A stretch of DNA of 64,000 bases from a virus: the IMG/VR virus record IMGVR_UViG_3300006098_000001; one strand, written 5' to 3'. How positions within the stretch are numbered: position 1 is the first letter of the stretch; the number at the start of each line of letters is the position of its first letter. The position numbers were made by a program, and so were the translations under genes. Positions 9,901 to 18,035 of this stretch are shown in pieces. A model generated the notes under the pieces. The model worked only from the letters and a program-made list of their open reading frames with translations, was not told where the DNA came from and did no database searches.

Positions 9901-12900
9901 GACAACAGCATCTTCTTGTTGGACTTCTACTTCTGATTACCATGGCGGGAATAAATTTACTTATGCTGCGAAGATTACTAATAATAGCCATCAACAAGCT
10001 GAATTAGAAATTTGGTTATGTGATCAGAATAAGAATTTCATTAATGGGCAAGCATTCCATGCTCCTATTCCTAAAGGTGCGAATGCTTATGATGTGAATG
10101 TTACATTTCCGATTACGACAGGAACTTGGTATATAAGAAGTTGGATTATCTTTACGGGCGGACACGCCCCTAAAGGAGATATTGTTCAGGTTAAAGATGA
10201 ACGTTTGGTTGAGGGGGTCGCTCCCGGGAGTTGGTCACCTAATCCTGAAGATATTAACCAACAGATTACTAATACTAATAAAAAGATTGATACCCAAACA
10301 CTTGACTCAGCCAATATAGATAATATGCGTACCCAGGGTCATTACTTTGTAAGAAATCTTTCTGGAAATCCTATCGGCGGATGGGTCTATGTTGATGTGA
10401 CTGGTAACAATAATAATCGTGTGCGGCAAGATGTTTATGCTGACCAAAATAATCAACATAAATATAGATCATGGAATGGATCAAGATGGTCCGATTGGGA
10501 ACAAGGCGCTTATTTAAGTGATGTTAAAACTGAAGTTACTGCTTCGGTTAAGAATCTTGGAGATAGAGTTACAACTGAAGTCAATTCAGTTACAAGTAAG
10601 ATTAATAATGTTGACGGTAAAGTCAACAATCTGAAAATAGGTGGCCGGAACTTACTAAAAGGCACTCGTGACTTCAATAGTAAGTATTGGTATCAAAGTG
10701 GAGATCATACTGCGTTAGCTGATAACTCTACAGATCCGTCCACCAAAGAGCTCCATAGTTGGCTAGATTGGCACAGTTATAAAAATAATCAAACTATTCA
10801 GTTAGATCCATCGAAGAATTATATGATTAGTGCTGATATTGCGATTTATGGTGGTGACGGTAATGGATTATATGTTACTCCATATGGAACGGTAGACGGA
10901 CAGGGGAGCAATTTAGTTGGCACAGATGTTAACTTAGCTGGATTCCCTAGACAGGTTAAAGGCGAAGGATTTCGACGAATTTATCTTCCTGTGACGGCAC
11001 ATGGACGAACCTTAAAAGATTTTCGTATCGAAGGGCATGGTAATTGGAACGCAGGTAGTGGCTCAGTATTTATTTCTAAAATTGCGCTTTACGAGGGTAA
11101 TACTCCAATGGCATGGTCGGATTCTTCAGATGATTTTGTTGAAGCCATTAAGGAGGTTAATACCAAATGGGACGTTGCTAACGGTCAAATTCAAGGTAAG
11201 GTAACGGCCACGGATGTAAATAATATTCTAAACGGCAAGGGATATGCTACACAGTCATGGGCACAAACGATGTTCCAAATGAAAAGCGATTCCATTACTT
11301 TGCAGGCTGTTAGAGATAATATTACGAATGGAATTCAGAACCAGGTAAATAGTATTAATAACCGTGTAACGAATGCTCAAATTGGGGAACGTAATTTAGC
11401 GGTTGGAACTAATCGAGGAAAAGCTGGATGGTGGGTCGATCCAGGAAATGGAACAGCAAGTACAGATATAGCACTTCTAAATGGTGTCAAAGGTCTTCAT
11501 ATAAATAATACAAAGAAAAGTACATCTTGGTGGGTTGTTTGTTACCCCTTTGATATGGGGAAATTAAAACCGAATACTTATTACACAATAAGCTTTGACA
11601 TACAAACGAGTGAAAACACCAATGGTGGAGCAATAATTGACCTTGCAAGAGGTAATTCATCTGGTAGTCCTTTTATTGAAGGACGAGGCGGGAACATTAC
11701 GACCCGTGGTGGAGAAATTACTCATATAACTCGCACTTTAAAGACAGGCGCAAGTATAGAAAATAATGGGCAAGCTCTATATATAAATAGTATAGCTTTT
11801 GGTAGCTCTAATGTAGTTAACATTGCTAATTTAATGATTGTTGAAGGTACACAAAGTTCTGTTTGGAAACCAGCTCCAGAAGACCAAGGTAGTGGACAAA
11901 ATCTTTTAAGAGGTACAGCTGATTTCAGTTGGCCTACTGGAATAGGAATGAATAATTCATTCGAATTTAATTATGAGCGTTTTGATGATTCTACTATTGC
12001 CATGCATCTTTGGAATATAAAAAGTAATGGTACGGGTATTTACACCAAATGGGGTGGAGCCTTCCCAGATGGACAGATACAAGTCGGTGAACAATATACA
12101 TTCTCATTTGATGTAAAAGGTTCAGGAAAGTTTCTAACTGTAAAAAATGAAAGCGAACCTGGAAAAGGCATGCTTACGCTAGATGGAGTAAATGTCCCTA
12201 GCGAATGGGCTAGAGTGTCAGTTGCAGGAACAATTCAGGCACTCGATAAAGCATTTATTATTTATTTCGCACAAGGCGCTAATGTTTGGATAAAGAATGT
12301 AAAGATTGAACGAGGGGCGATTGCTACTCCTTGGACACCACACCCGTTTGATGATAAAGACAAAGGTGTAAATCTTCTTAAGTCTACTGCCTATTGGAAT
12401 CCAGCTGACTGGAACCATATTAGTAATAATGTCTGGTATGACGATGGTTGGGTAGATAGTAGTGGACATAAAGCGTATGGACATCATACAGCATGGCAGG
12501 GATTAGGGCAGACCGTATATGTAACTCAGGGTGTTTATACATGGAGTGCCAAGATATATCTGAACGGTTTAGATAGCAATGATTTTGTGTATCCTTATAT
12601 GGGTGATGGTCAATATAATGGTACAGCACAAGTTCAAGATATACGAAAGCCTATGCTGGGAGTTAATGACCAAAATCGATGGATTGATTATAGTACAACC
12701 TTTTATGTTAAAAATGCGGGCAATCTATGTGTAAGACCAGAATTAAATCGAGATCATGGGAACATTCATGTTGGCTCTCAGAAATTAGAACATGGAATGG
12801 TTGCGACTCCGTGGAGCCCTTCCCCATTAGATGATAAGAATGCGACAATAACTCTTGATTCCGCAGATATTAATAGCATGAAGACACAGGGGCATTACTT

Positions 12901-14080
12901 TGTTAGAAACTTAGCAAATAGTCCAATAGCTGGTTGGGTTTATGTTGATGTCACTGGTAACAATAATAATCGCTTGAAACAAGAGGTTTATCAAGACAAT
13001 GGCTATGAACATAGATCCAGACGATGGACTGGTAGGGGTTGGACTGAGTGGACAACAGATGTAAACAATAAAAATGTTGTTTCGCAAATTAATATCACCC
13101 CAGATCAGATTAAGATTGCTTCAAATAAGATTGTTATTGATGGTAATACTGATATTCATGGTGATTTAAGAACTGATAGAGTACGCCTTGTTGGGAAAAA
13201 TGGGGCTATTGATATGACTGGTGACACTGGTATAAAGCTAACCAACAACGATGGAAGTTCGATGTTATTAGGACGTGGAAATATTGATTTAATGTACAAA
13301 AATGATTTCCGAATGAATATTGATAGTTCTTTGATGACAATCATGCAAAGGAATCAATTTACTGGTCAAAATAAACCGATGGCTATTTTAAATATTGGAG
13401 CATCTTGGAACCATAGCTATGAAAAGATACGCGGAGCGGATATTAGATATAATCCTGGAAATGTTAATGATGTTAATTTACATGGCGCAGATTATCTAGC
13501 TCTAAGTTATAATAGACCAAATTTCATACCAGGAGAGGCCAATATTCATCCTCAGCTTGTAATGGCATATCAAGACCTTAAGTTTGATGAAAATCACTAT
13601 CTATGGCGTAAAGGAGTCAATGTAGCCGATGATTTAACTATTCAGGAATATCAAAGAATTAATGTTGGGTACAGAGATAAGGAAGATCAGAGTGGAAAAT
13701 GGACCAACGATCCATTGATGATTCATCGAATGCAATGGGGAGTTTCTTCTCAAGCTGATCGCTATCAACCAACAGTAAGACTTGGCTATAGCAAAGACAG
13801 TATGGGGAGTGCAGGAGTAACCTTTCTATGGAATCAAGTAAAGCCCTTTGGGAATATGGATATAAGTGATTTAGGAGAAATTTTGTTTAATGGACAAAGA
13901 TTTGTCTTTGGTTGGGCTAGTCATGAAAGAATGTTTAATAACCAGAATCAACCAGCGTTTATGAGACTCGATGATAAAGGCGGAATTATGTCTGGAATAG
14001 CATTTACTCCCGGATCAACATGGGATTTAGGATCAGGAGCATGGAATATTACAGCATCGGTAATGAATCATGGGGGTTAA
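6920..14080 (+). CDS. giant tail fibre / host-recognition protein (2,386 aa)
   Basis: ATG 6920 lies 7 nt after AAAGGGGA. The N-terminus carries the fibre anchor motif LVEAINEL and about 200 aa of coiled-coil. About 8 jelly-roll/CBM-like modules each end in a (K/Q)LE.G..ATPW.P.P.D-type motif. Two pyocin-knob-like domains are present. Confidence 0.65.
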   Translation: MEKTIKYLENGEYHYATVRSVGDLAQLKTDSKETLVEAINELWNGGGNADPSKAPKPEGYDQLVQDVADAVKNQQEISQQWIEWQNEEAQLTEERKQAYLQAMKEMQEAIDKAKADAAALDDKTAKLDEQITKTFSDLDTSIQNMHEQLQKEADRMNKDLQDTKGTLSTLRTDLQNTQMDNGKIHDELTNINGKFEHKVWQTDLDPLKEQIDRAETSVQQTKDELLGKASRQDLDTVSNTVSKLDTQLKETAKGVEISVKKAELGGEIAEALTNKTNILLGTRRFTTNNWQQREHVEICSDPWKGFLVAKQNSPIEGIQQAYEAKAGTTYTFSLFAKMDTLDDSSKPQIILAKNNLDTSLDTKIDVWRKEIDDITSDFKRYDLTFTPSEDCTIYPHVISNSNNPIFVCGYQLEIGKISTPWEPNQEDVGDYVEKSEAQFNVYNDKIQALTEKQRQQGDTQEKLRTEVTQTAEGTRQVSENLKKTNDDITKLRGEFEVKADHMKSEYETYTNKAVGQISDSTLNLIRNSSFQNKDSDFDQWQNISAKANVRSDENGLRWVELTQSGLTTNNPEGITSNYFNIKQGKVTVAVDIKSGDKASLDNDSVLSLELYNDVKKRVDFYDVSLSQLGLSKELLGDHKVHRGLYRLGIDRNDAKYMTVKAKLVKNGDLYFTNFSARLSSIDDGAYEPNPDDLNQQILKQNTKIEQNAKEVAIKANSVDVTRDIKSAVENNNGGGVNLLKGTKDFRPDSIWFPLGAWVRTNDTYNDLTIFKGKSTEDWNGLTQYYSVKAGETYTFSLNARYESGSGSSALYIMLHEDPENGHKAAKVSPWSRDITLNENWQRYSITFTVNSDGYIKPRIERGSHNKNVLEICGLKLERGTVATPWTPASEDTSTEIKSAKDAAIQVASDQINLHVNEISTQFDDKLNRRINEQKTASEKFTSDGIEQVVTKVTNVKNDVDRLGDNLRNTGSRNLLHNTSDQWRTLTNNNDWLQQTTASSCWTSTSDYHGGNKFTYAAKITNNSHQQAELEIWLCDQNKNFINGQAFHAPIPKGANAYDVNVTFPITTGTWYIRSWIIFTGGHAPKGDIVQVKDERLVEGVAPGSWSPNPEDINQQITNTNKKIDTQTLDSANIDNMRTQGHYFVRNLSGNPIGGWVYVDVTGNNNNRVRQDVYADQNNQHKYRSWNGSRWSDWEQGAYLSDVKTEVTASVKNLGDRVTTEVNSVTSKINNVDGKVNNLKIGGRNLLKGTRDFNSKYWYQSGDHTALADNSTDPSTKELHSWLDWHSYKNNQTIQLDPSKNYMISADIAIYGGDGNGLYVTPYGTVDGQGSNLVGTDVNLAGFPRQVKGEGFRRIYLPVTAHGRTLKDFRIEGHGNWNAGSGSVFISKIALYEGNTPMAWSDSSDDFVEAIKEVNTKWDVANGQIQGKVTATDVNNILNGKGYATQSWAQTMFQMKSDSITLQAVRDNITNGIQNQVNSINNRVTNAQIGERNLAVGTNRGKAGWWVDPGNGTASTDIALLNGVKGLHINNTKKSTSWWVVCYPFDMGKLKPNTYYTISFDIQTSENTNGGAIIDLARGNSSGSPFIEGRGGNITTRGGEITHITRTLKTGASIENNGQALYINSIAFGSSNVVNIANLMIVEGTQSSVWKPAPEDQGSGQNLLRGTADFSWPTGIGMNNSFEFNYERFDDSTIAMHLWNIKSNGTGIYTKWGGAFPDGQIQVGEQYTFSFDVKGSGKFLTVKNESEPGKGMLTLDGVNVPSEWARVSVAGTIQALDKAFIIYFAQGANVWIKNVKIERGAIATPWTPHPFDDKDKGVNLLKSTAYWNPADWNHISNNVWYDDGWVDSSGHKAYGHHTAWQGLGQTVYVTQGVYTWSAKIYLNGLDSNDFVYPYMGDGQYNGTAQVQDIRKPMLGVNDQNRWIDYSTTFYVKNAGNLCVRPELNRDHGNIHVGSQKLEHGMVATPWSPSPLDDKNATITLDSADINSMKTQGHYFVRNLANSPIAGWVYVDVTGNNNNRLKQEVYQDNGYEHRSRRWTGRGWTEWTTDVNNKNVVSQINITPDQIKIASNKIVIDGNTDIHGDLRTDRVRLVGKNGAIDMTGDTGIKLTNNDGSSMLLGRGNIDLMYKNDFRMNIDSSLMTIMQRNQFTGQNKPMAILNIGASWNHSYEKIRGADIRYNPGNVNDVNLHGADYLALSYNRPNFIPGEANIHPQLVMAYQDLKFDENHYLWRKGVNVADDLTIQEYQRINVGYRDKEDQSGKWTNDPLMIHRMQWGVSSQADRYQPTVRLGYSKDSMGSAGVTFLWNQVKPFGNMDISDLGEILFNGQRFVFGWASHERMFNNQNQPAFMRLDDKGGIMSGIAFTPGSTWDLGSGAWNITASVMNHGG
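10298..10507 (+). repeat. knob-like domain, copy 1, inside the giant fibre
   Basis: TLDSANIDNMRTQGHYFVRNLSGNPIGGWVYVDVTGNNNNRVRQDVY...RWSDWEQ is paralogous to 12851-13060. Confidence 0.6.
12851..13060 (+). repeat. knob-like domain, copy 2, inside the giant fibre
   Basis: TLDSADINSMKTQGHYFVRNLANSPIAGWVYVDVTGNNNNRLKQEVY...GWTEWTT. Confidence 0.6.
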
Positions 14081-14086
14081 AAATAT

Positions 14087-14404
14087 ATGTATAAAGTAGT
14101 GCGGCTTGTTAAGACAATTAAAGATAATGACGGAAATAACATAGCTACAATTCAAGTAGATTTAAATGGAGACGGATCAACACCAGATCCTTTGACTGCA
14201 ATATATGGTTCTGCTCAAATTATAGGATTTAATGACGATGGATCTCCAATCTATGACATGGAAATTAAACAGCGGATTAAAGATGAGAAGCAAAAATTTA
14301 TGGCAGAAGCTATAAAAGAACAAAAAAAGTTATGCATTGAGAATGGTGTGGACCCAGATTTAGTCAACATCTTAAATGCTGAAAAGAAGGTAAATAATGA
14401 ATAA
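14087..14404 (+). CDS. hypothetical protein
   Basis: SD GGGGG, ATG, 105 aa. Confidence 0.4.
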   Translation: MYKVVRLVKTIKDNDGNNIATIQVDLNGDGSTPDPLTAIYGSAQIIGFNDDGSPIYDMEIKQRIKDEKQKFMAEAIKEQKKLCIENGVDPDLVNILNAEKKVNNE

Positions 14405-14609
14405 TCAACGACAAGCGCCCGGAAAAGGTGAAAAAGTAGCAAGTAAGTTAATTAATAAATTGGCGTTAACAGAACTGGAATTAGCTAATCGTGAAGTTGA
14501 TATTGATGAACTTAACGAAAAAATTCAACAACTAACTCAAGCTAATCAACAACTCTCTGCTGAAAATCAACAACTTAAAAGTAAACAAGAAACTAAAACA
14601 GAAGAATAA
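14397..14609 (+). CDS. small coiled-coil protein
   Basis: Overlapping start. Heptad-rich sequence (ELNEKIQQLTQANQQLSAENQQLKSK). Confidence 0.4.
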   Translation: MNNQRQAPGKGEKVASKLINKLALTELELANREVDIDELNEKIQQLTQANQQLSAENQQLKSKQETKTEE

Positions 14610-14630
14610 GAAGAAAAGGGGAATATTAGC

Positions 14631-14909
14631 ATGGCTTTACGCAAAACTAAATCAACATCATTAACTGGTGAATCAGTAATCAATGGCACTACTGTTGTGC
14701 GCATGACTGCTAGTTTATCAACGAGCGGTGGTTCAGACTCGGTAAATCAGTATGTCCAAAATGTAGACTTATATAACGCAAACAAGCGAGACGTGCGTAA
14801 GGATATCTCTGCATTTCAAGAATATGTATATGAGCAACAAGATGCTATTGACGCAGAACTTGAAGCTGATAAGGAAGCTGCCGATTCTGAAAAGAAAGAA
14901 GCTAAATAA
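14631..14909 (+). CDS. hypothetical protein
   Basis: SD AAAAGGGGA, ATG, 92 aa. Confidence 0.4.
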   Translation: MALRKTKSTSLTGESVINGTTVVRMTASLSTSGGSDSVNQYVQNVDLYNANKRDVRKDISAFQEYVYEQQDAIDAELEADKEAADSEKKEAK

Positions 14910-15008
14910 AACAAGGCTTTTACCAGCATATTTGGTTTTCGAGAACGCCTAATATACTGGATATTTCGTCGCCTAAGAAATTCACAGTTCCTTAATTGAG
15001 GGGCGGCC

Positions 15009-15293
15009 ATGATCGGTGGTGACAGCATGGACAAAGATAAAGAGCTTGAACTACTAATGGATATTCAAGAAAAAGTCGGTCGAATTGATGAGAGACTTAA
15101 AAAGGTTGAAGATACAGATCGCAAAGCGGAAGAGGCGATTCGTTTAAGTGAAAAGAATGAAGAAAAAATTGTTGAGCTTTCCGCAGCAGTTGAAGAACTT
15201 AAGGAAGGTCGAAAGTGGACCCAAAGAACTGCCATTGGTGCCATTATCAGTGCCGCAATTGCAGTTTTATCTTGGATTCACCCGCCATTCTAA
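15009..15293 (+). CDS. XhlA-like lysis-associated membrane protein
   Basis: N-terminal coiled-coil (IQEKVGRIDERLKKVEDT) plus one C-terminal TM (TAIGAIISAAIAVLSWI), as in the PBSX XhlA family. An alternative start is at 15027. Confidence 0.5.
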   Translation: MIGGDSMDKDKELELLMDIQEKVGRIDERLKKVEDTDRKAEEAIRLSEKNEEKIVELSAAVEELKEGRKWTQRTAIGAIISAAIAVLSWIHPPF

Positions 15294-15306
15294 AGGGGTA
15301 AATAAA

Positions 15307-15564
15307 ATGAAAAAAGTATTGAATTTAATTAAAAATAAGGTAGTTAAGCCAGATGGAACGCTGAATGGGAAGATCATTAGTGGTTTGGTAGCACTAATCA
15401 TTGTATTTGTACAACAAATCTTTGCCTGCTTTGGAGTTCAACCCAAAGGTGACGTGACTGCTTTTGTTGGACTTGCTAATACAGCCTTAACTATTCTTGG
15501 ATTGGTTGGAGTATTAAGCGATCCAACGCCTGTGGAAGTTCCTGTTAAGACAGAAAATAAATAA
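15307..15564 (+). CDS. holin (two TM segments, phi LC3-like)
   Basis: 85 aa. TM1 is IISGLVALIIVFVQQIFACFGV and TM2 is AFVGLANTALTILGLVGVL. It lies adjacent to the XhlA-like gene. Confidence 0.6.
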   Translation: MKKVLNLIKNKVVKPDGTLNGKIISGLVALIIVFVQQIFACFGVQPKGDVTAFVGLANTALTILGLVGVLSDPTPVEVPVKTENK

Positions 15565-15619
15565 AAAATGTTACCGATAGATGCAATTTTGTGACAGCGA
15601 TTGCAGAATTTGGTAGAAT
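15563..15619 (+). promoter_or_regulatory. conserved phage promoter, copy 1
   Basis: A-tract, then GTTACCGATAGATGCAATTTTGTGAC. The -35-like GTGACA is followed by a 17-nt spacer and TAGAAT (15614-15619). Confidence 0.6.
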
Positions 15620-15658
15620 AATCGGTGTGGTACGAACGGGAAACGGAGAGTACACGAA

Positions 15659-16267
15659 TTGGTACAATTTAATAGTTTTTATAATGATCCAAATAATCGA
15701 CAAATTCTTGAGGTTATTAATACACCTACGGGTGCTGTTACAATCTTTGAACCATCAAAAGATGATGTTAATAAGATAATGCAGCTTAAGGAAATGGTAG
15801 ATGCATTTAATCAAGAAAATACTGATGAAAATCTACTAGATATTAATGGAACTACAATTTTAAAGGAATTAATTCCTCTTCTTACAGATTTGGAAATTGA
15901 TCCAGATATGACTGATGAAGAAATGGCTCAAATCATTGAAAATCCTACAGTGGAATTAAGTTTAATTACGTCAGTCCTTTCAAGTGTAGTAACGAATATC
16001 TATACGTTAATGATTATGAACTTTAAGAATAATCTAGAATTACGTAATATGGTAGATCAAACTGAAGAGATTTCTGATAGTGCTTTAGCTATGTTTATTT
16101 CTAAACAGTCTAAGACTGACGAAGGACGTAAACAAATCGAAGAGATCAATAAGCAATCAGATAAGATCGTTAAGATGGAAACGGCTATTAAACAAGCTGA
16201 AGAAAAAGAAAAAACAAACGCAAAACCAGAGGAAGAGTCGCAAACTTCCGAAAAACAAGCTGGTTAA
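15659..16267 (+). CDS. acidic protein, possibly a tail assembly chaperone
   Basis: TTG start 8 nt after GGAGAG. It is acidic and lies upstream of the tape measure. No G/GT-type frameshift partner ORF was found. Confidence 0.3.
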   Translation: MVQFNSFYNDPNNRQILEVINTPTGAVTIFEPSKDDVNKIMQLKEMVDAFNQENTDENLLDINGTTILKELIPLLTDLEIDPDMTDEEMAQIIENPTVELSLITSVLSSVVTNIYTLMIMNFKNNLELRNMVDQTEEISDSALAMFISKQSKTDEGRKQIEEINKQSDKIVKMETAIKQAEEKEKTNAKPEEESQTSEKQAG

Positions 16268-16307
16268 TAAAAATAAAATGGTACATAAAAATAGCGCAAG
16301 TAATGAA

Positions 16308-16333
16308 ATGGACAGGAGATAGTCCATCTTTTT
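16308..16333 (+). terminator. weak rho-independent terminator
   Basis: ATGGAC-aggagata-GTCCAT followed by CTTTTT. Confidence 0.4.
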
Positions 16334-16370
16334 GCTTACGCTATTTTTGATTTTAAACAAGGAGGTTTTT

Positions 16371-16895
16371 ATGTCTAGTTTTGTTATTGAAGGTACTTTA
16401 ACCGTAGACATAAGTGGCCTAGAAGGATTGGCAGGAGAAATTCGCTCTGTAAGTATTAAGGCGCTTCAGGGTGAAATAAGAAAAGTAGCAGATCAAATAT
16501 TAAGAGAATTAGTTGAGAAGGATTGGCCGGCAGGTCGGGCTTCTCCAGGATACGTTTCAACTGGTGAGTTAGTAGATGCCATCAATGTAACGGGTGGTGG
16601 GACTAGTTTATCTATTGAAATGGATGGTTCTCGTATGAGTATGAGTCCTCCAAGCACAGGAAATAGTGCAAACGGAGACTGGGGTGGAATTGAAAGCTGG
16701 GGAACCCATATGGGTGTACAGTCTCAGCCATTTAATGACGAGATGCCAGCATATCTTAACTATGGTGGTGGCGGACTTGTTCCACATCAAGGTACTCACT
16801 ATTTTGACAATGCATTTTCTAAATATGTAGAAATAATTCCTAAACTCCTTGCTGATGCTCTTCGTGCTGCTGGGTTTGAAGTATCTAGCGCATAA
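16371..16895 (+). CDS. HK97 gp10-like tail/neck component (putative)
   Basis: ATG follows AAGGAGG. The profile resembles gp10-family proteins (KAL...ADQILRELVEK...HYFDNAFSKYVEIIP). Confidence 0.3.
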   Translation: MSSFVIEGTLTVDISGLEGLAGEIRSVSIKALQGEIRKVADQILRELVEKDWPAGRASPGYVSTGELVDAINVTGGGTSLSIEMDGSRMSMSPPSTGNSANGDWGGIESWGTHMGVQSQPFNDEMPAYLNYGGGGLVPHQGTHYFDNAFSKYVEIIPKLLADALRAAGFEVSSA

Positions 16896-16907
16896 GAGGG
16901 GATATAT

Positions 16908-17936
16908 TTGAAACGAAAAGAAGGATTAACGTATCAAACAAAAAGCGATAGAAAAATCGTAAGATACGCAACGAAAGCAAGAATGGCAAAAGTAAATCCT
17001 AAAAACATTAAGATTTATGAGCGCTATCTTAAGAGTCGAATCATTCACAATTCTGATGTTAAAGATACTACTTATAAGGTTTACCACTCTTATATGAATA
17101 TCTTCATGTGTTATATTGCAGAAGAATGGGACAATTTTTATCTTTTAGATGAAGATATGCTAGAAGATGAAATGATCGACGTAATGGAAGGCTATATGGC
17201 TTTCCTTGCCGATGAATGTGGTAATGGTAAAAAAGTCATTAACACTAAATTAAGTGCTGTATCCAGTTTCTACCTATGGGCAACTAAGCGAGGAATGATT
17301 CGAAGTCATCCTTTTGATGGAAAATTAGACCGTATTAAGAATGCTCAAGATGAAAAGAAGATTTCAGTTCACTTTTTACACGAAGACAAGATTAATCAAA
17401 TTTATAAAACTCTTGAAGAAGAAGCAGAACCTGAGGGAGCAAGATATGATTATCAAGACAGATTGATTTGGGAGATTGCTTTTTATAGTGCTTGTCGTAT
17501 TGGAGCATTGTATAACTTAAGTTTGTCTAATCTGAAACTTGATGAAAATAAGTTTGTCGACATTCGAGAAAAGCGAGGAAAGAGAGTGGAGGTTCCGTTC
17601 ACAAATGAAACTAAGGAATTAATTAAGAAGTTCCTTAAGTGGCGTGAGGATAATGGAATTGATACAGATGCGTTCTTTGTTAATCGCCTAGGTGGTCATA
17701 TGAGTAAACAAGCCATGTCAATCCGTATTCGCAAAATAGGAGAAATTGTTGGTGTTGGTGATTTCAGAGCTCACAGTATTCGTAAGAGTCGATTAAACCA
17801 AGTTGGGCAAAAGAATATTGAATTAGCTAAGCAATTAGCACACCACGAATCAATGGATACAACAGCACGCTTCTATATGGAAAAGAAGAGTGAAACAGCA
17901 ACATTGAAAGAAATCGATGCATTACTTTCAGAATAA
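16908..17936 (+). CDS. tyrosine recombinase / integrase (342 aa)
   Basis: TTG follows AGAGGGGA. It has an N-terminal SAM-like domain. The catalytic pattern is R (ACRIGAL), HxxR (AHSIRKSR) and H...Y (HHESMDTTARFY). Confidence 0.7.
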   Translation: MKRKEGLTYQTKSDRKIVRYATKARMAKVNPKNIKIYERYLKSRIIHNSDVKDTTYKVYHSYMNIFMCYIAEEWDNFYLLDEDMLEDEMIDVMEGYMAFLADECGNGKKVINTKLSAVSSFYLWATKRGMIRSHPFDGKLDRIKNAQDEKKISVHFLHEDKINQIYKTLEEEAEPEGARYDYQDRLIWEIAFYSACRIGALYNLSLSNLKLDENKFVDIREKRGKRVEVPFTNETKELIKKFLKWREDNGIDTDAFFVNRLGGHMSKQAMSIRIRKIGEIVGVGDFRAHSIRKSRLNQVGQKNIELAKQLAHHESMDTTARFYMEKKSETATLKEIDALLSE

Positions 17937-18035
17937 AATATCCATTTTATAAAGTTGTAATTAATAATTTTATAATTTAAACCGCAGAAGAATGGTACAA
18001 ACGCAAAATCATTTCTTTTAGGCGGGTGAAATATA

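Noticed and set aside
6920-14080. A diversity-generating retroelement or shufflon acting on the giant fibre, given a recombinase nearby.
   Set aside because: No reverse transcriptase is present. There is no near-identical TR/VR nucleotide pair; the knob duplicates are divergent paralogs. There are no opposite-strand fibre cassettes or flanking inverted repeats.
15591-15779. 62-aa GTG-start ORF from the track.
   Set aside because: It starts inside the conserved promoter element, upstream of the predicted transcription start. The overlapping 15659 ORF has an SD.
16209-16215. The slippery A AAA AAC heptamer near the end of the chaperone-like gene, as a possible G/GT -1 frameshift site.
   Set aside because: No extended ORF is available in the -1 or +1 frame downstream, and a hairpin plus T-run separates it from the next gene.
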